Below are positions 38,026-47,690 of a DNA stretch of 64,000 nt, in pieces; the first letter of the stretch is position 1; each line of letters opens with the position of its first letter. The notes under the pieces were generated by a model. That model had not been told where the DNA came from and ran no database searches. It worked only from the letters and a program-made list of their open reading frames with translations. The stretch is taken from the IMG/VR virus record IMGVR_UViG_3300024308_000018, positions 62,001-126,000 of that record; one strand, given 5' to 3'. The position numbers and the translations under genes were made by a program.

Positions 38026-38520
38026 ATGACCGACAAGAAGCACGACATTGAAAAGATCACCAACGAGCTGCGCACACGTTGGGCCAACCATCCAGAGTTG
38101 CTTGCAGTGTTGCATCGCAACGCCGACCCTCTCACTGGTCGGAAGCCGTTGGGGACAACGATCATGCTGCACAACGCGTCTGAACTTTGCCAGATCGATT
38201 TCCCTATGCGTTTCGATGGCGCAAAGCCGTTCATCATTGACTACGGCCAGAAAATGAACTTCGGGGACTTGGAACTTGTCACGCACGCGGAGATGGAATC
38301 GCTTGTCCTCAAGGTTCTGAAGGCGCGCACCGAAGCTGGCGACCACCGCTTCCTCATTGATTCAATGGGCCAGCTGGTCGACCCGTCGCTGCTTTCGGGC
38401 GACCCCGTGGGGATACCCAAGTGCGAAGAAGACCCGTCCCCAGTGAAGAAGGGTTTCAAGCTGAAGCCTAACGCCACTGGCATGTATCGCCAGTTTGTTG
38501 ATCGCAACCATAAACGCTAG
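38026..38520 (+). CDS. hypothetical protein
   Basis: Follows CTGTAAAC at 38006. Confidence 0.65.
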   Translation: MTDKKHDIEKITNELRTRWANHPELLAVLHRNADPLTGRKPLGTTIMLHNASELCQIDFPMRFDGAKPFIIDYGQKMNFGDLELVTHAEMESLVLKVLKARTEAGDHRFLIDSMGQLVDPSLLSGDPVGIPKCEEDPSPVKKGFKLKPNATGMYRQFVDRNHKR

Positions 38521-38528
38521 AGGCAATC

Positions 38529-39050
38529 ATGAACCCGAACCCCGAACTGTTTGACTATCAACTCAAAGCCATTCGCGACATTCAAGAGAACGGCCTGCCC
38601 GTCGGACGCACCAATGTCCTGTGCTCGCTGTTGGGCCGCAGTCAGCCCAGCGGCAAAACCAACGTGCTGCAACATTACATCCACTCGCTGCCCAAAGAAG
38701 AGCGTGACGCGTTCCTCGCCAGCGTCCGGATCATCGGCCCGATGGGTGACGCTTTCGATTCCCGCGAGCGCTTGGAAGAAACAATGCGTCTTGCGGAAGA
38801 GCGCATTCAAAAGAGCATGACCGTCATGGTAGCGTCCGACGTGCACGTTGCTATATCTGGCGGCGGCCAAGTTCCGCCACGTCCGATTGACCTGCAAGCG
38901 TTGGCGGGCCAGACGATCCACGTTGACTATTACGCGCGTGGCGGATGGCCGTCGAAGAACGCAACAGACTGTGCTGAGCGCCCGAACACCACGGACATGT
39001 TTCGCATGTTCCGTGACAACCACAACAAACCGAAGAGAGGTAAGAAGTGA
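38529..39050 (+). CDS. hypothetical protein
   Basis: GAGG RBS; N-terminus resembles a helicase Q-motif fragment (LFDYQ). Confidence 0.6.
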   Translation: MNPNPELFDYQLKAIRDIQENGLPVGRTNVLCSLLGRSQPSGKTNVLQHYIHSLPKEERDAFLASVRIIGPMGDAFDSRERLEETMRLAEERIQKSMTVMVASDVHVAISGGGQVPPRPIDLQALAGQTIHVDYYARGGWPSKNATDCAERPNTTDMFRMFRDNHNKPKRGKK

Positions 39051-39223
39051 AATCAGTTGTGAACTTTGTCCTTGTGGGCGAACCTGTTGAGAAAGAGTGT
39101 GCCCACAAGACAGAGATCTTGAAGCGTATGAAGAAAGCAGCGCGCGACCAGCCCAAGAGCTGGGAACGCGCGTTCGATGAATGGGCCGCCGACTTTGGAG
39201 CCCAACTTGCACGGGGAACGTAA
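39047..39223 (+). CDS. small hypothetical protein (58 aa, not in ORF track)
   Basis: GTG overlaps the upstream TGA, its TAA overlaps the next ATG; GAGG RBS. Confidence 0.5.
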   Translation: MKSVVNFVLVGEPVEKECAHKTEILKRMKKAARDQPKSWERAFDEWAADFGAQLARGT

Positions 39224-39669
39224 TGAAACGAATCGCACTCATTGGGTCTGACACGGAGGCCCTTGCTCGCATCAAAGCCATTTTGGAATCGCGGGACGAC
39301 ATCGAGCTGGTCGACGTCGGGGACGTTAGTGATCTGCGCGTCACGTTGGCGAATGGTCGCGTGCTTGTCGGTGACAAGGACTACTCACCGGAAGAGTTCG
39401 ACGCATGGCGCAAGGAAGCGGAAGAGCAGGCCGATAAAGCAGTGCGGCGCGTGCTCGCCTCACTCAATGGCAACCTTCGGCTGGAAGCAGCGATGGCTGA
39501 CATGTGCGAGCAGGAATGTGACTGGTTCTGCGACGAGGTTGCGTACAACACAAGCCAAGCAAACATGATGCGCCGTCGCGATCAGCACCGCGCAACCGTG
39601 AAGTGGCAGCACGTCCGTCCGGTCAAGCCACGCAAGCCACGCCGCAACAGCGTAAGGGGAAGACGATGA
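39223..39669 (+). CDS. hypothetical protein
   Basis: TAATG coupling. Confidence 0.6.
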   Translation: MKRIALIGSDTEALARIKAILESRDDIELVDVGDVSDLRVTLANGRVLVGDKDYSPEEFDAWRKEAEEQADKAVRRVLASLNGNLRLEAAMADMCEQECDWFCDEVAYNTSQANMMRRRDQHRATVKWQHVRPVKPRKPRRNSVRGRR

Positions 39670-39995
39670 ACATTGACCAACTCTATGAAGCGGCCCGTGC
39701 ACGTGAAGCCGAAGTCGCCGAAGAGCGCCGCCGCTGGACTGCAATATTCGCCAAGGCCAAGCCGGATGTGCAGCTGCCCCTTGATCTGATCGTTGCATCG
39801 CTGGGTACGCCGCGCCCCAGCGTCGTGGTGCCAACGTTTATGCTTCCGCCATGGGACAACAGCGACGGCCACGCCGATCCCGATGTCATGGTAGATTGGA
39901 GCCAAGAGCCGGAAGCTCGCATTCAATGGTTCAACGATCATCCGAACGCGGGCTGCCCCACGGGCTTCACCGTCAAGTATGATTTCGCTCGTTGA
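39666..39995 (+). CDS. hypothetical protein
   Basis: ATGA coupling. Confidence 0.6.
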   Translation: MNIDQLYEAARAREAEVAEERRRWTAIFAKAKPDVQLPLDLIVASLGTPRPSVVVPTFMLPPWDNSDGHADPDVMVDWSQEPEARIQWFNDHPNAGCPTGFTVKYDFAR

Positions 39996-40033
39996 CCACA
40001 CATTGCCTCAATATCTGAAAGCAGGTTGATCAC

Positions 40034-40552
40034 ATGAAAAACAAAAACGTTTCGCTGTTCCACTTTCCGTCGCACATCTTCCTCGACGTGCTGCTCACCT
40101 ACATGATCGCCGGAGCGTTCGTTACGTTCCAGTGTCCTGATTACAATGGTGTGATCTATGGGCTGAGCTTCATCTTTCTCGCGATCAAGTACGTGCTGCG
40201 GTCGATGACTGCCAACTATTTCTGGAAGGTGCACCGCTACCTTGCGGAAGTCCTGCATCCGGTTGCGATGCGTGCCCGCGAAGACGGCATGGTGCTGCGC
40301 CCGACTATCAACGATGCGGCGGTGTCCCGCTTCCTCTTCATGCTCAACGTTCCGTTGTTGTTGATCTGCGCCGCCAACCTGATCAGCAACGTGTATTTCC
40401 CAGACGTTAGAATCGGAGAGGGCCGCGTTGCCAGCGTTGTGTTCTGGGTGACGTCGCTGGCATACATCCCTGTGTTCTACTACGTGCGCCACGTTACTGT
40501 GAAGCGTTTGGTTCGTGAAAGCTGGGTGGCGAAAGCTACCCCTGTGAGGTAA
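40034..40552 (+). CDS. membrane protein
   Basis: About four hydrophobic segments. Confidence 0.65.
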   Translation: MKNKNVSLFHFPSHIFLDVLLTYMIAGAFVTFQCPDYNGVIYGLSFIFLAIKYVLRSMTANYFWKVHRYLAEVLHPVAMRAREDGMVLRPTINDAAVSRFLFMLNVPLLLICAANLISNVYFPDVRIGEGRVASVVFWVTSLAYIPVFYYVRHVTVKRLVRESWVAKATPVR

Positions 40553-40656
40553 GCATGGATTGTCGTGAACGTGCGGCGCTGGCGTTGTTCGCCTGCCGCG
40601 TAACAACCGTGATCATTGCATCCGTGTGCGCTACGCGCTACGCGATAGCCAACGTT

Positions 40657-40749
40657 GACGAAAAGCGGACTAGAACGTTGCTCACTCATTTGGTAAACTG
40701 TTTACAAGGTAGGGGGATGTCCCCTACCTATCCCAAAGAGGAAATGAAG
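40657..40749 (+). promoter_or_regulatory. conserved promoter plus leader element, copy 3 (1 mismatch)
   Basis: GACGAAAAGCGGACTAG...TTTGGTAAACT, hairpin AGGTAGGGG-GATGT-CCCCTACCT, CCCAAAGAGGA. Confidence 0.8.
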
Positions 40750-41232
40750 ATGATTATGACCCTGCACACTGGCATTACCGGATACCGTCTGGCTCGGGGC
40801 GAAGTTCAACCTGTGCTCGACTCACTGACCGCCCGCCTCGGGTTCGACATCCGCAACGTTGTCCTGCGCGACGTTGCGCACGTGGATGGTGCGCCGAACC
40901 TTGTGGTGGCCGCCGACGTAGTTGCTGGCGACCGCGCCAACGACTACCCAATGGTGATCGCACATAGCGGCCCCCTCTCTGACGCGGGTGACATCTGCGA
41001 CGCGCTGGCCCACATTGAAGCGGGCCGCACCAGCGAACCTATGTGCCCGAAGGCGCTGAAGCGCATCGACGATTTCAAGCGTCTTGCGAGCGTGACCTCC
41101 CTGAAGCCTGCACTGAATATGGTGTGGGCTATCAAGGTTCCTGAGCAGCGCATCTACTGGCTGATCGCCGCAGTGCGTGCACCTAACCCGAACGTTATGG
41201 CATTCACCCTAGACGTTTCCACTCCACGTTAA
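40750..41232 (+). CDS. hypothetical protein
   Basis: First gene after the leader. Confidence 0.65.
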   Translation: MIMTLHTGITGYRLARGEVQPVLDSLTARLGFDIRNVVLRDVAHVDGAPNLVVAADVVAGDRANDYPMVIAHSGPLSDAGDICDALAHIEAGRTSEPMCPKALKRIDDFKRLASVTSLKPALNMVWAIKVPEQRIYWLIAAVRAPNPNVMAFTLDVSTPR

Positions 41233-41292
41233 TTCCACCAAGGGCACTCAATGAAGTGCCCTTCATAGAATTCACTCGACGGAGAAACCAAA

Positions 41293-41886
41293 ATGAAAAC
41301 CAAGTACCCGCTTTATCTCTACGCATTTTACCCGGCCATGGGCGCATCGCTGTACGTCGCGCTCACCATTGCGCATACCGCACTTGCAGCGAACGACAAG
41401 CTGCATTTGGCATTCATCACCATACTGATCGGTACTGCCTACTTTGTCGCGTCGCTGTTCGCCGCCCGCAAGACGGTAGGGATCGCGCTTGAGGAGAACG
41501 TTGCAGAGACTTCGCTACGTGGTGTGTTCGCCCGCACGCTGTACGGCAACTGCCACGGCCGATCTGATATGGAAGTCGACATGCTGATCGACTCAACCTA
41601 TCAGGCGGCGGTCACTCACTTCATTCCCATCCGCGCAAAGCAGTACATCGTTTGGCGCGGCGTGCAGTTCCTGCTGTTCATGGTTGCCGTGTTCGCCTGC
41701 ACTGGCGTTGTTGTCGCACGTCCAGAGGCTTCGACGCAAAACCTCGCGCTGTTAGCCGCCGCGCTGGGCAACCTTGGGCTCCCGTGCGAGCTGTGGACGA
41801 TGACCCGCATGTGGCGACCGTACCAGAGTGACGTCACGCACTGGGTCGCACAACATCTCGGCTTGGAGAAAACATCGTCATGCTAA
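41293..41886 (+). CDS. membrane protein
   Basis: About four hydrophobic segments, GGAG RBS. Confidence 0.65.
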   Translation: MKTKYPLYLYAFYPAMGASLYVALTIAHTALAANDKLHLAFITILIGTAYFVASLFAARKTVGIALEENVAETSLRGVFARTLYGNCHGRSDMEVDMLIDSTYQAAVTHFIPIRAKQYIVWRGVQFLLFMVAVFACTGVVVARPEASTQNLALLAAALGNLGLPCELWTMTRMWRPYQSDVTHWVAQHLGLEKTSSC

Positions 41887-42359
41887 TCGGAGTGCACGCG
41901 CTACCAGACGCTAATATGCGTCATGCCTTGCACCTGACGGATCCGGCGCGCTTGATCGCTAATGTGCTCAAGCTGAAGCTGCACAAGGTTCTGATCCTCG
42001 AACCGATGGAGGGGAGAACCAACGACACGATCCTCGACGTCGTACTGTGGCCGCCGAAGACGCACGAACTTCACAAGGATCGTTTCGTGCAGCTGCACCA
42101 GATCCCGCCAGAGCAAGTGCCTGAGTTTCGATTTGAACTCGCTCGCACACAAGCCGCAAGGCGTGCGTGCCCTATCCACCGACGTGCCGTCAAGGTGCTG
42201 GACGTTGCTGATCAGATTGCAATTGAATTTGCTGCATCGCCTGACACCTTGTCGTCAACGTTCTTGGTGGAGGACAAGACGCATAACAACGCGTTTCTAG
42301 CGACCGACATCCAACGCGTCGACGCTTCCCTAACTACTTTCTTTCGGAGCCTTAAATGA
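41880..42359 (+). CDS. hypothetical protein
   Basis: Tiles between neighbours. Confidence 0.55.
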   Translation: MLIGVHALPDANMRHALHLTDPARLIANVLKLKLHKVLILEPMEGRTNDTILDVVLWPPKTHELHKDRFVQLHQIPPEQVPEFRFELARTQAARRACPIHRRAVKVLDVADQIAIEFAASPDTLSSTFLVEDKTHNNAFLATDIQRVDASLTTFFRSLK

Positions 42360-42865
42360 CCGGAGCCCAAGTTACCGCACGACGCGCGGTAAACGGAATG
42401 CTGTGTTTCATTTTCTCAATCGTCTTTCTGATGCTGACCTCTACCCATGTTCCTTGGATCATGCTTGGCTTGTTTGCTGGATGTGGTGCGCTCACCTACT
42501 TGGTGATCAACGCGCCGCTCCCTGCGTTCGACATGCAGGCCCACTTCGGCGACAAAGCGGAGTTCATTGCGTCAGTGCTTAGGGGTACGGATGCGACTAA
42601 CTGCGACAGACTACGCGCAACATATAATGCTCGAAATGCGGAGGCCAACGACTGCGCCGCCCATTCCAACGATACCGACACGTTACGTCAGCCACTTGGC
42701 GCAACGCTTGCCACGGTTGACCAACAAGCCGCCCTTTCGCGCACAGGGCGAAACCTTGCAGCTGGACGAAGAATTCGCTGGTGCCATCTTCACCTACGCT
42801 CTCACCGAAATGGGAAAGCGCGGTCACCAGTTTTCATTGTCCAACGCGGTATCGATCTTCAATGA
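42356..42865 (+). CDS. membrane protein; C-terminal half overlaps the next ORF and is doubtful
   Basis: GGAG RBS and two TM segments in the first 55 aa; ~275-nt overlap with 42591-43238. Confidence 0.4.
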   Translation: MTGAQVTARRAVNGMLCFIFSIVFLMLTSTHVPWIMLGLFAGCGALTYLVINAPLPAFDMQAHFGDKAEFIASVLRGTDATNCDRLRATYNARNAEANDCAAHSNDTDTLRQPLGATLATVDQQAALSRTGRNLAAGRRIRWCHLHLRSHRNGKARSPVFIVQRGIDLQ

Positions 42866-43238
42866 ACAAACTGGGACACCGCTAACGGCTGAATCGGTGT
42901 CTGGCCTCTACATCGACAACTGGGCCCTGTGCCCGATGCGGGTGGCAGCCCCACCCAACATGATCGTGAAGTTGAACAAGCGGCAATGGGAGCAGGCACT
43001 CGGCTCCCTTACGGTGTCCGCGTTCTGCTCCATGTTCCTTTCTGGCCTTGGTGAGTCGGGCAAATGCAACCACGTCGCGCAGCTAAGCAACCGCGTGTGC
43101 CTTGTCATGATCCCGCTGACAACGTTCCGCACCCAGCACTCCGCTAGGTGTGACACAACTCACCAAGCCATTCACGCGGCTGACCGTGCATTCCGCGCAA
43201 TCTCGGACGTGCTCGCAAGCCCAACCTTGCAACTCTGA
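42591..43238 (+). CDS. hypothetical protein (start uncertain)
   Basis: Coding-like ORF ending 12 nt before the next gene. Confidence 0.55.
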   Translation: MRLTATDYAQHIMLEMRRPTTAPPIPTIPTRYVSHLAQRLPRLTNKPPFRAQGETLQLDEEFAGAIFTYALTEMGKRGHQFSLSNAVSIFNEQTGTPLTAESVSGLYIDNWALCPMRVAAPPNMIVKLNKRQWEQALGSLTVSAFCSMFLSGLGESGKCNHVAQLSNRVCLVMIPLTTFRTQHSARCDTTHQAIHAADRAFRAISDVLASPTLQL

Positions 43239-43250
43239 TGGAGAAACAAT

Positions 43251-43748
43251 ATGAAACCCAAATCTAGCTCCCGCGTTAACTGGCGTCCGGTAGACGACAA
43301 GCCGAAGGCCAAAGAGGAACGCGTAGCGGTCAAGCGCCGTGACCCCGCACCGGAACCCGCGCCCGCAGCCAAGGCACTCAAACCCAAGCGTGCTGTGCGC
43401 AAGGTGAAAAAGGAAGTGCCGCCCGCACCCGTGGCAGCCAAGAAGAAGCCGATCAAGCGCACGGGCCAAGTGGTGCTGGACAAGGCACCGAAGAAGGCGA
43501 AGAAGGCGAAAGAAAACCTCTTCGTGATCCACGAATCGGACACCAAGAAGACGCGCGTCGTGTTGCTGTTGAGCCCTGCGGAAGGCGACCGCCAAGAGAT
43601 GATCGGCATTCGCCAACAGTTCCGCCGCGAAGGCCAAGAAGAATGGCAGTTCGCGAAAACGGGTGTGTCGATGATCAGCGACGTCGAGATCCTGCGCGCA
43701 CTGCGCGATGGCTGCGACGCACTGATCGAGGTAATGGAGAGCAAGTAA
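43251..43748 (+). CDS. PC4/YdbC-like ssDNA-binding protein with basic K/A/P-rich N-terminal tail
   Basis: MIGIRQQFRREGQEEWQFAKTGVSM resembles the PC4 IDIR.WY...EWKPTKKGI motif. Confidence 0.6.
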   Translation: MKPKSSSRVNWRPVDDKPKAKEERVAVKRRDPAPEPAPAAKALKPKRAVRKVKKEVPPAPVAAKKKPIKRTGQVVLDKAPKKAKKAKENLFVIHESDTKKTRVVLLLSPAEGDRQEMIGIRQQFRREGQEEWQFAKTGVSMISDVEILRALRDGCDALIEVMESK

Positions 43749-44191
43749 TGAAGCCATCTGTGCTGGTAACGTTTCACTCGCCTGACGCTGAGCCGTTTAC
43801 GTTCGCGGTGTTGGAGCCTACGCCCAAAACTCTGAGTCGACTCAACGCCTACGCGGCTTACGCTGCCAAGAACAAGGGCAAGCTCTGGGAAACTGCGAGC
43901 GGTTCGATCTACTACTTCGAGATCGCACTGCTCACCACCTTCCTTGCTGAAGTCGGTGGCCTCGGCCCCAAGAAGTTTTCCGCCACTGAGAAAGTGCTGG
44001 ACGACTTCAAGGATTACGTCGACGTCCTGAAGTCCGACTTCAAAGCAACCCGTGACGAGCTTGAGAAATTCCGCGCAACGATGCGCGACTGGCGCGGCCA
44101 AAAGTTGCAAGCGGTCAGTGCACCGTTGGGCACCGTGGTCATGCCACTCAACATCCTGATCAATCGTATCTACACGTTCCCTGACAACTAA
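43748..44191 (+). CDS. hypothetical protein
   Basis: TAATG coupling. Confidence 0.6.
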   Translation: MKPSVLVTFHSPDAEPFTFAVLEPTPKTLSRLNAYAAYAAKNKGKLWETASGSIYYFEIALLTTFLAEVGGLGPKKFSATEKVLDDFKDYVDVLKSDFKATRDELEKFRATMRDWRGQKLQAVSAPLGTVVMPLNILINRIYTFPDN

Positions 44192-44200
44192 GAGGCCACT

Positions 44201-44761
44201 ATGAACTTTGCAATCCAACCCATCAACGCACAATTCCAGTGCCGCACCCCGCTCACCCATGCGCAGACGCAAGCCCTGATGCTGCTCAACCTGAAATCTG
44301 AATCCGAGCTGGGTGATAAGCCGATCCCCGGACAGGGCCTACATACCATTGTGCAAAATGCGCTGCGTACTAATGGCGTTACCGCCCACGACGTAATGGT
44401 CGCATTGATCACAATGTCGGTCTACGGCAATCCCGGCGTTGCCCAAGGTATCGTCTACTCACTGGCGCGCAAGGCATTCGACCGCCGCCTTTCCCACATC
44501 GACGTTCGGGTGTTCACTGACACGTTCCCGCTGGGGCTGCCGAGTTATGAGGATTGCCAAGCGTACTGGGATCTCTACAAGGACGCGGCACGTAGCGCTC
44601 AACTCAATGAAACGGAATCTCTGTTCCGCCCCTGCCATATGCTCAACGCGTTGTGCGGCGCTGGGGTTTCGGTCACTGACAAAACCGACGACGAGATCCT
44701 GCGTGCGTACAACGAGCTGGACGACGACGCGGGCGACGAGAACTACGCGCTGCCCGCCTGA
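44201..44761 (+). CDS. hypothetical protein
   Basis: GAGG RBS. Confidence 0.65.
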   Translation: MNFAIQPINAQFQCRTPLTHAQTQALMLLNLKSESELGDKPIPGQGLHTIVQNALRTNGVTAHDVMVALITMSVYGNPGVAQGIVYSLARKAFDRRLSHIDVRVFTDTFPLGLPSYEDCQAYWDLYKDAARSAQLNETESLFRPCHMLNALCGAGVSVTDKTDDEILRAYNELDDDAGDENYALPA

Positions 44762-44763
44762 GT

Positions 44764-44871
44764 GACGAAAACCGGACTAGCCTTCCAAAGGCCCATTTGG
44801 TACACTGTATTCAAGGTAGGGGAATGGCCCTTACCTTGCGCTAAGTAGCAAATGCAAAGGACGATAATAAA
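44764..44871 (+). promoter_or_regulatory. conserved promoter plus leader element, copy 4
   Basis: GACGAAAACCGGACTAG...TTTGGTACACT, hairpin AAGGTAGGG-GAATGG-CCCTTACCTT. Confidence 0.8.
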
Positions 44872-45396
44872 ATGGCTAAGACAACAACAATGAAACTCGA
44901 ACGTTCCGCCTGTGGCAAATTCTTCCGCTTCAATGCGACCATACGTTGCTCGTATGTCGCGGACTTGCGTGAGAAGTTTGTCACCGAGTGGGTGGCTGTG
45001 CCGAAAGGCAACGCGGCTTTCCTTGCGGCGGTGGAACTGGAAGAGGACAAAGTTGCTGCCCGCCAGCAGGAGATGGATAGCCAGTGGCTTGAGGATAATG
45101 CTTGCGGGGTGCGTACCCTTGACGAGCTGCATTCGATTGTCGCCGACTGTGTAGTGATGCGCCGTGCTGGTGGCACCAATGTTCTGGTGTTCAAGCAGCC
45201 GCACTGTGATAGACACTATCCGCTGACTACGTTGCGTGACGCACGTTGCGCGGTAGCCGAAATCACTCTCATGCTGGAAGAGAAGTTGGACTTCAACCCG
45301 ATCACTGCTCTGCTTCCTCACTACGTGCGCCAACGTGCGTTCGAGTTGCTTGAGGCAAAGCAGTTTTTGAGTGCACGGCGAGTCTTTGATGTTTGA
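44872..45396 (+). CDS. hypothetical protein
   Basis: Followed by a UUCG terminator GAGGGGC-TTCG-GCCCCTC-TTCTTT (~45407-45430). Confidence 0.6.
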   Translation: MAKTTTMKLERSACGKFFRFNATIRCSYVADLREKFVTEWVAVPKGNAAFLAAVELEEDKVAARQQEMDSQWLEDNACGVRTLDELHSIVADCVVMRRAGGTNVLVFKQPHCDRHYPLTTLRDARCAVAEITLMLEEKLDFNPITALLPHYVRQRAFELLEAKQFLSARRVFDV

Positions 45397-45450
45397 CAAT
45401 AACACTGAGGGGCTTCGGCCCCTCTTCTTTCGCAGCGAGGTATATGCGAC

Positions 45451-45756
45451 ATGAGCCCACACGCTAGTATTCAAACCTTCATGGCGGGCATGCTGTATCC
45501 CGCCGACCTCATTGAAGATCGTGCTGCCGCCTTTGGCTGGTTGCTCGAAAACGTAAAGGCCGCCGAGTGGCCTGTGCACCTCGACGTGCCGAAGTCGGTT
45601 AACGGCCGCCCGCCACAAACCAATTGTATGTTTGGCCGTTGGAAGTTCGTAGACCTTGGCGACAGCGGCATTGTGTTCACCAACTTCACTGTGCCGTCGA
45701 TTACTCGCGACGAGTTTGCATTCACCATTGAAATGAATCCGGAGATCCAAAAATGA
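45451..45756 (+). CDS. hypothetical protein
   Basis: GAGG RBS. Confidence 0.6.
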   Translation: MSPHASIQTFMAGMLYPADLIEDRAAAFGWLLENVKAAEWPVHLDVPKSVNGRPPQTNCMFGRWKFVDLGDSGIVFTNFTVPSITRDEFAFTIEMNPEIQK

Positions 45757-46613
45757 CAAACCAAATCGACACAACCAACGTAACCCAGTTGGTGACAACC
45801 CGCAAATACACCCGCAAGGTTCGCCTTGCTCGTATCACTGCACACGCGCTGCCCGTTCCCAAGGTGTTGGGGTTCTCCCTCTTCAGTGTTGGCATGGACG
45901 CCAACGACCGCGCAGTAAACGGCGGCGTGCACTCGCGTCATATGCTGCACGCCCCGCTGACTGACGGCGAGCTGTTCACGCAAGCAATGTTGTACCTGAC
46001 TGCTGACTACGGCGCGCCCGTCCGGTCTACCGTCAGCGGCCAGTACGGCGAAGTGAGCGATACCATTGACACGCTGGCCGAAGAGTTCGCGCATCTGTGC
46101 GGTGGCCGCGATGCCGAAGGCTACTACTACACGCAGATGGCAGCGGCGCACATTGCACTCGCCTGCCTCAACGCGGTCACCGATGCAATGTGCGTTGATC
46201 TGCTGGTCAGCTACCTGCAATCGGCGGTCGGTCTGTTCGAAACTGACGGCGCGGTAACCGCAGTTTGGGAATGCACCGACTGGCAGGATCCGGCATTCGA
46301 GGTCGAGTACGTCAGCAGCGCTACTCACACGCCGGAGCAATGTTGCGCCAAGGCATTCGAAATGATGTTCCGCCGTATCAGCGACGGCCGCATCCCGCCG
46401 AACATGCAAGTCGACGACGCGTTGCGTACCCGGCGCGCCAGTACCCTTGCGCGCGAATACATGCGCCACCAAGGGAAGGCCACCACGCATTTCCTCGCAA
46501 CGATCAATGATCGTGCACCGACCTTCTGGATTGAGTGCGACGTACCGGAAGATGCCGACGCGGTACTCGACCTCGACTCGCTGGAAGGCAACTGCATCCG
46601 TGTTATGGAGTGA
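45753..46613 (+). CDS. hypothetical protein
   Basis: ATGA coupling, GGAG RBS. Confidence 0.65.
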   Translation: MTNQIDTTNVTQLVTTRKYTRKVRLARITAHALPVPKVLGFSLFSVGMDANDRAVNGGVHSRHMLHAPLTDGELFTQAMLYLTADYGAPVRSTVSGQYGEVSDTIDTLAEEFAHLCGGRDAEGYYYTQMAAAHIALACLNAVTDAMCVDLLVSYLQSAVGLFETDGAVTAVWECTDWQDPAFEVEYVSSATHTPEQCCAKAFEMMFRRISDGRIPPNMQVDDALRTRRASTLAREYMRHQGKATTHFLATINDRAPTFWIECDVPEDADAVLDLDSLEGNCIRVME

Positions 46614-46618
46614 CCACT

Positions 46619-46837
46619 ATGTTTTTCGATGATGACCAACTGAACGCCGGAGCACGCGCCTTAGCCCTGATGCACGAAGGCCGCTTGCAACAAGCCTCCG
46701 ATACGATGCGGGCAGGAGTCGAGGATCGCCCCGACTGGTTGCTGGCCCGCTTCCGTGTGCTGCTGAGTCAAGAGCCGGATCGTAAGAACGTGCAGCGGCT
46801 TATGGCGTTAGTCGAGCAAGACTTGCGGCCCCAGTAA
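46619..46837 (+). CDS. hypothetical protein
   Basis: GGAG RBS. Confidence 0.55.
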   Translation: MFFDDDQLNAGARALALMHEGRLQQASDTMRAGVEDRPDWLLARFRVLLSQEPDRKNVQRLMALVEQDLRPQ

Positions 46838-46901
46838 CGCAACACAACATTCAATCTGTAAACAATATGAGCCTAGTGCTCCAAACTTCGACAGGTGATT
46901 T

Positions 46902-47237
46902 ATGAAAGCTATTATCTTTGCCGCTATGCTCTCCCCATTCAGCAACCCTCTCGCCACCTTGCATAGCAACCTTGATTCCCTGACCTCCGTATACAGCGAG
47001 TGCAGTCAAGGGGATCAGGGTCTGGGCGATAGCTGTGACCGCATTCTCGATGACAAGGTGTTCAACCAACTGAACGCCGTCAACACCCAGCTGCAAACGC
47101 CAAACTGGTTCAAGTCACTGTCACCAGTAGAGCAGCGCAAACTCAGGGGCAAGGTTGATGAACTCAAAACCTTGACCCGCCAAATCGAGGAACGCCGCGT
47201 CCGCAACATGGAGGCAGCGCTATCCGCGATGCAATAA
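46902..47237 (+). CDS. putative exported small protein
   Basis: Signal-like N-terminus, C-x8-C pair; follows CTGTAAAC at 46856. Confidence 0.55.
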   Translation: MKAIIFAAMLSPFSNPLATLHSNLDSLTSVYSECSQGDQGLGDSCDRILDDKVFNQLNAVNTQLQTPNWFKSLSPVEQRKLRGKVDELKTLTRQIEERRVRNMEAALSAMQ

Positions 47238-47319
47238 ATAGTCTCGATGTCCGAGATGAACGTTGCAACGTTGACTTAATTTATATCGTCCACTCTCGGA
47301 CGTTGTAGATAGAGGAAAC

Positions 47320-47610
47320 GTGAAAATGTATCGTGTACGACCTAGACCTTCGCTCAACATCGTAACCCACAATCCTTATCGGTTCGAACCCGATGACGAA
47401 CCAAGTGCGTGCGTGCGATACCGAGCGGTCAGCGTTGGGCTGGCGAAGTTCATGACGTTCGTCAAGAGCCATGCCCCGCTGCGCGAAGAACACAGTGAGA
47501 CCACCGTGAACTACTTTGATCACAACGGTCTTCTCGTTGCTCAAATGGTATGGAACCCCAACGAAGTCGGGGAACGTTACTGTGAGCACCGAGTGTTCAA
47601 AAGGTCATAG
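47320..47610 (+). CDS. hypothetical protein
   Basis: GAGGA RBS. Confidence 0.55.
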   Translation: MKMYRVRPRPSLNIVTHNPYRFEPDDEPSACVRYRAVSVGLAKFMTFVKSHAPLREEHSETTVNYFDHNGLLVAQMVWNPNEVGERYCEHRVFKRS

Positions 47611-47690
47611 TGGCCGATCAGGCAGGAAGATCGGGAGCGGCTGCGCAAGGTCTTACACTCAACACCAATTCCCTTGGAGGGTCTTCTGTT

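Noticed and set aside
17121-39689. Other self-matches of array segments (9 nt at 17121, 10 nt at ~32081, 9 nt at 39681, several 8-mers)
   Set aside because: Lengths of 8-10 nt are about chance level for eight queries against 128 kb of double-stranded sequence, and they share no flank.
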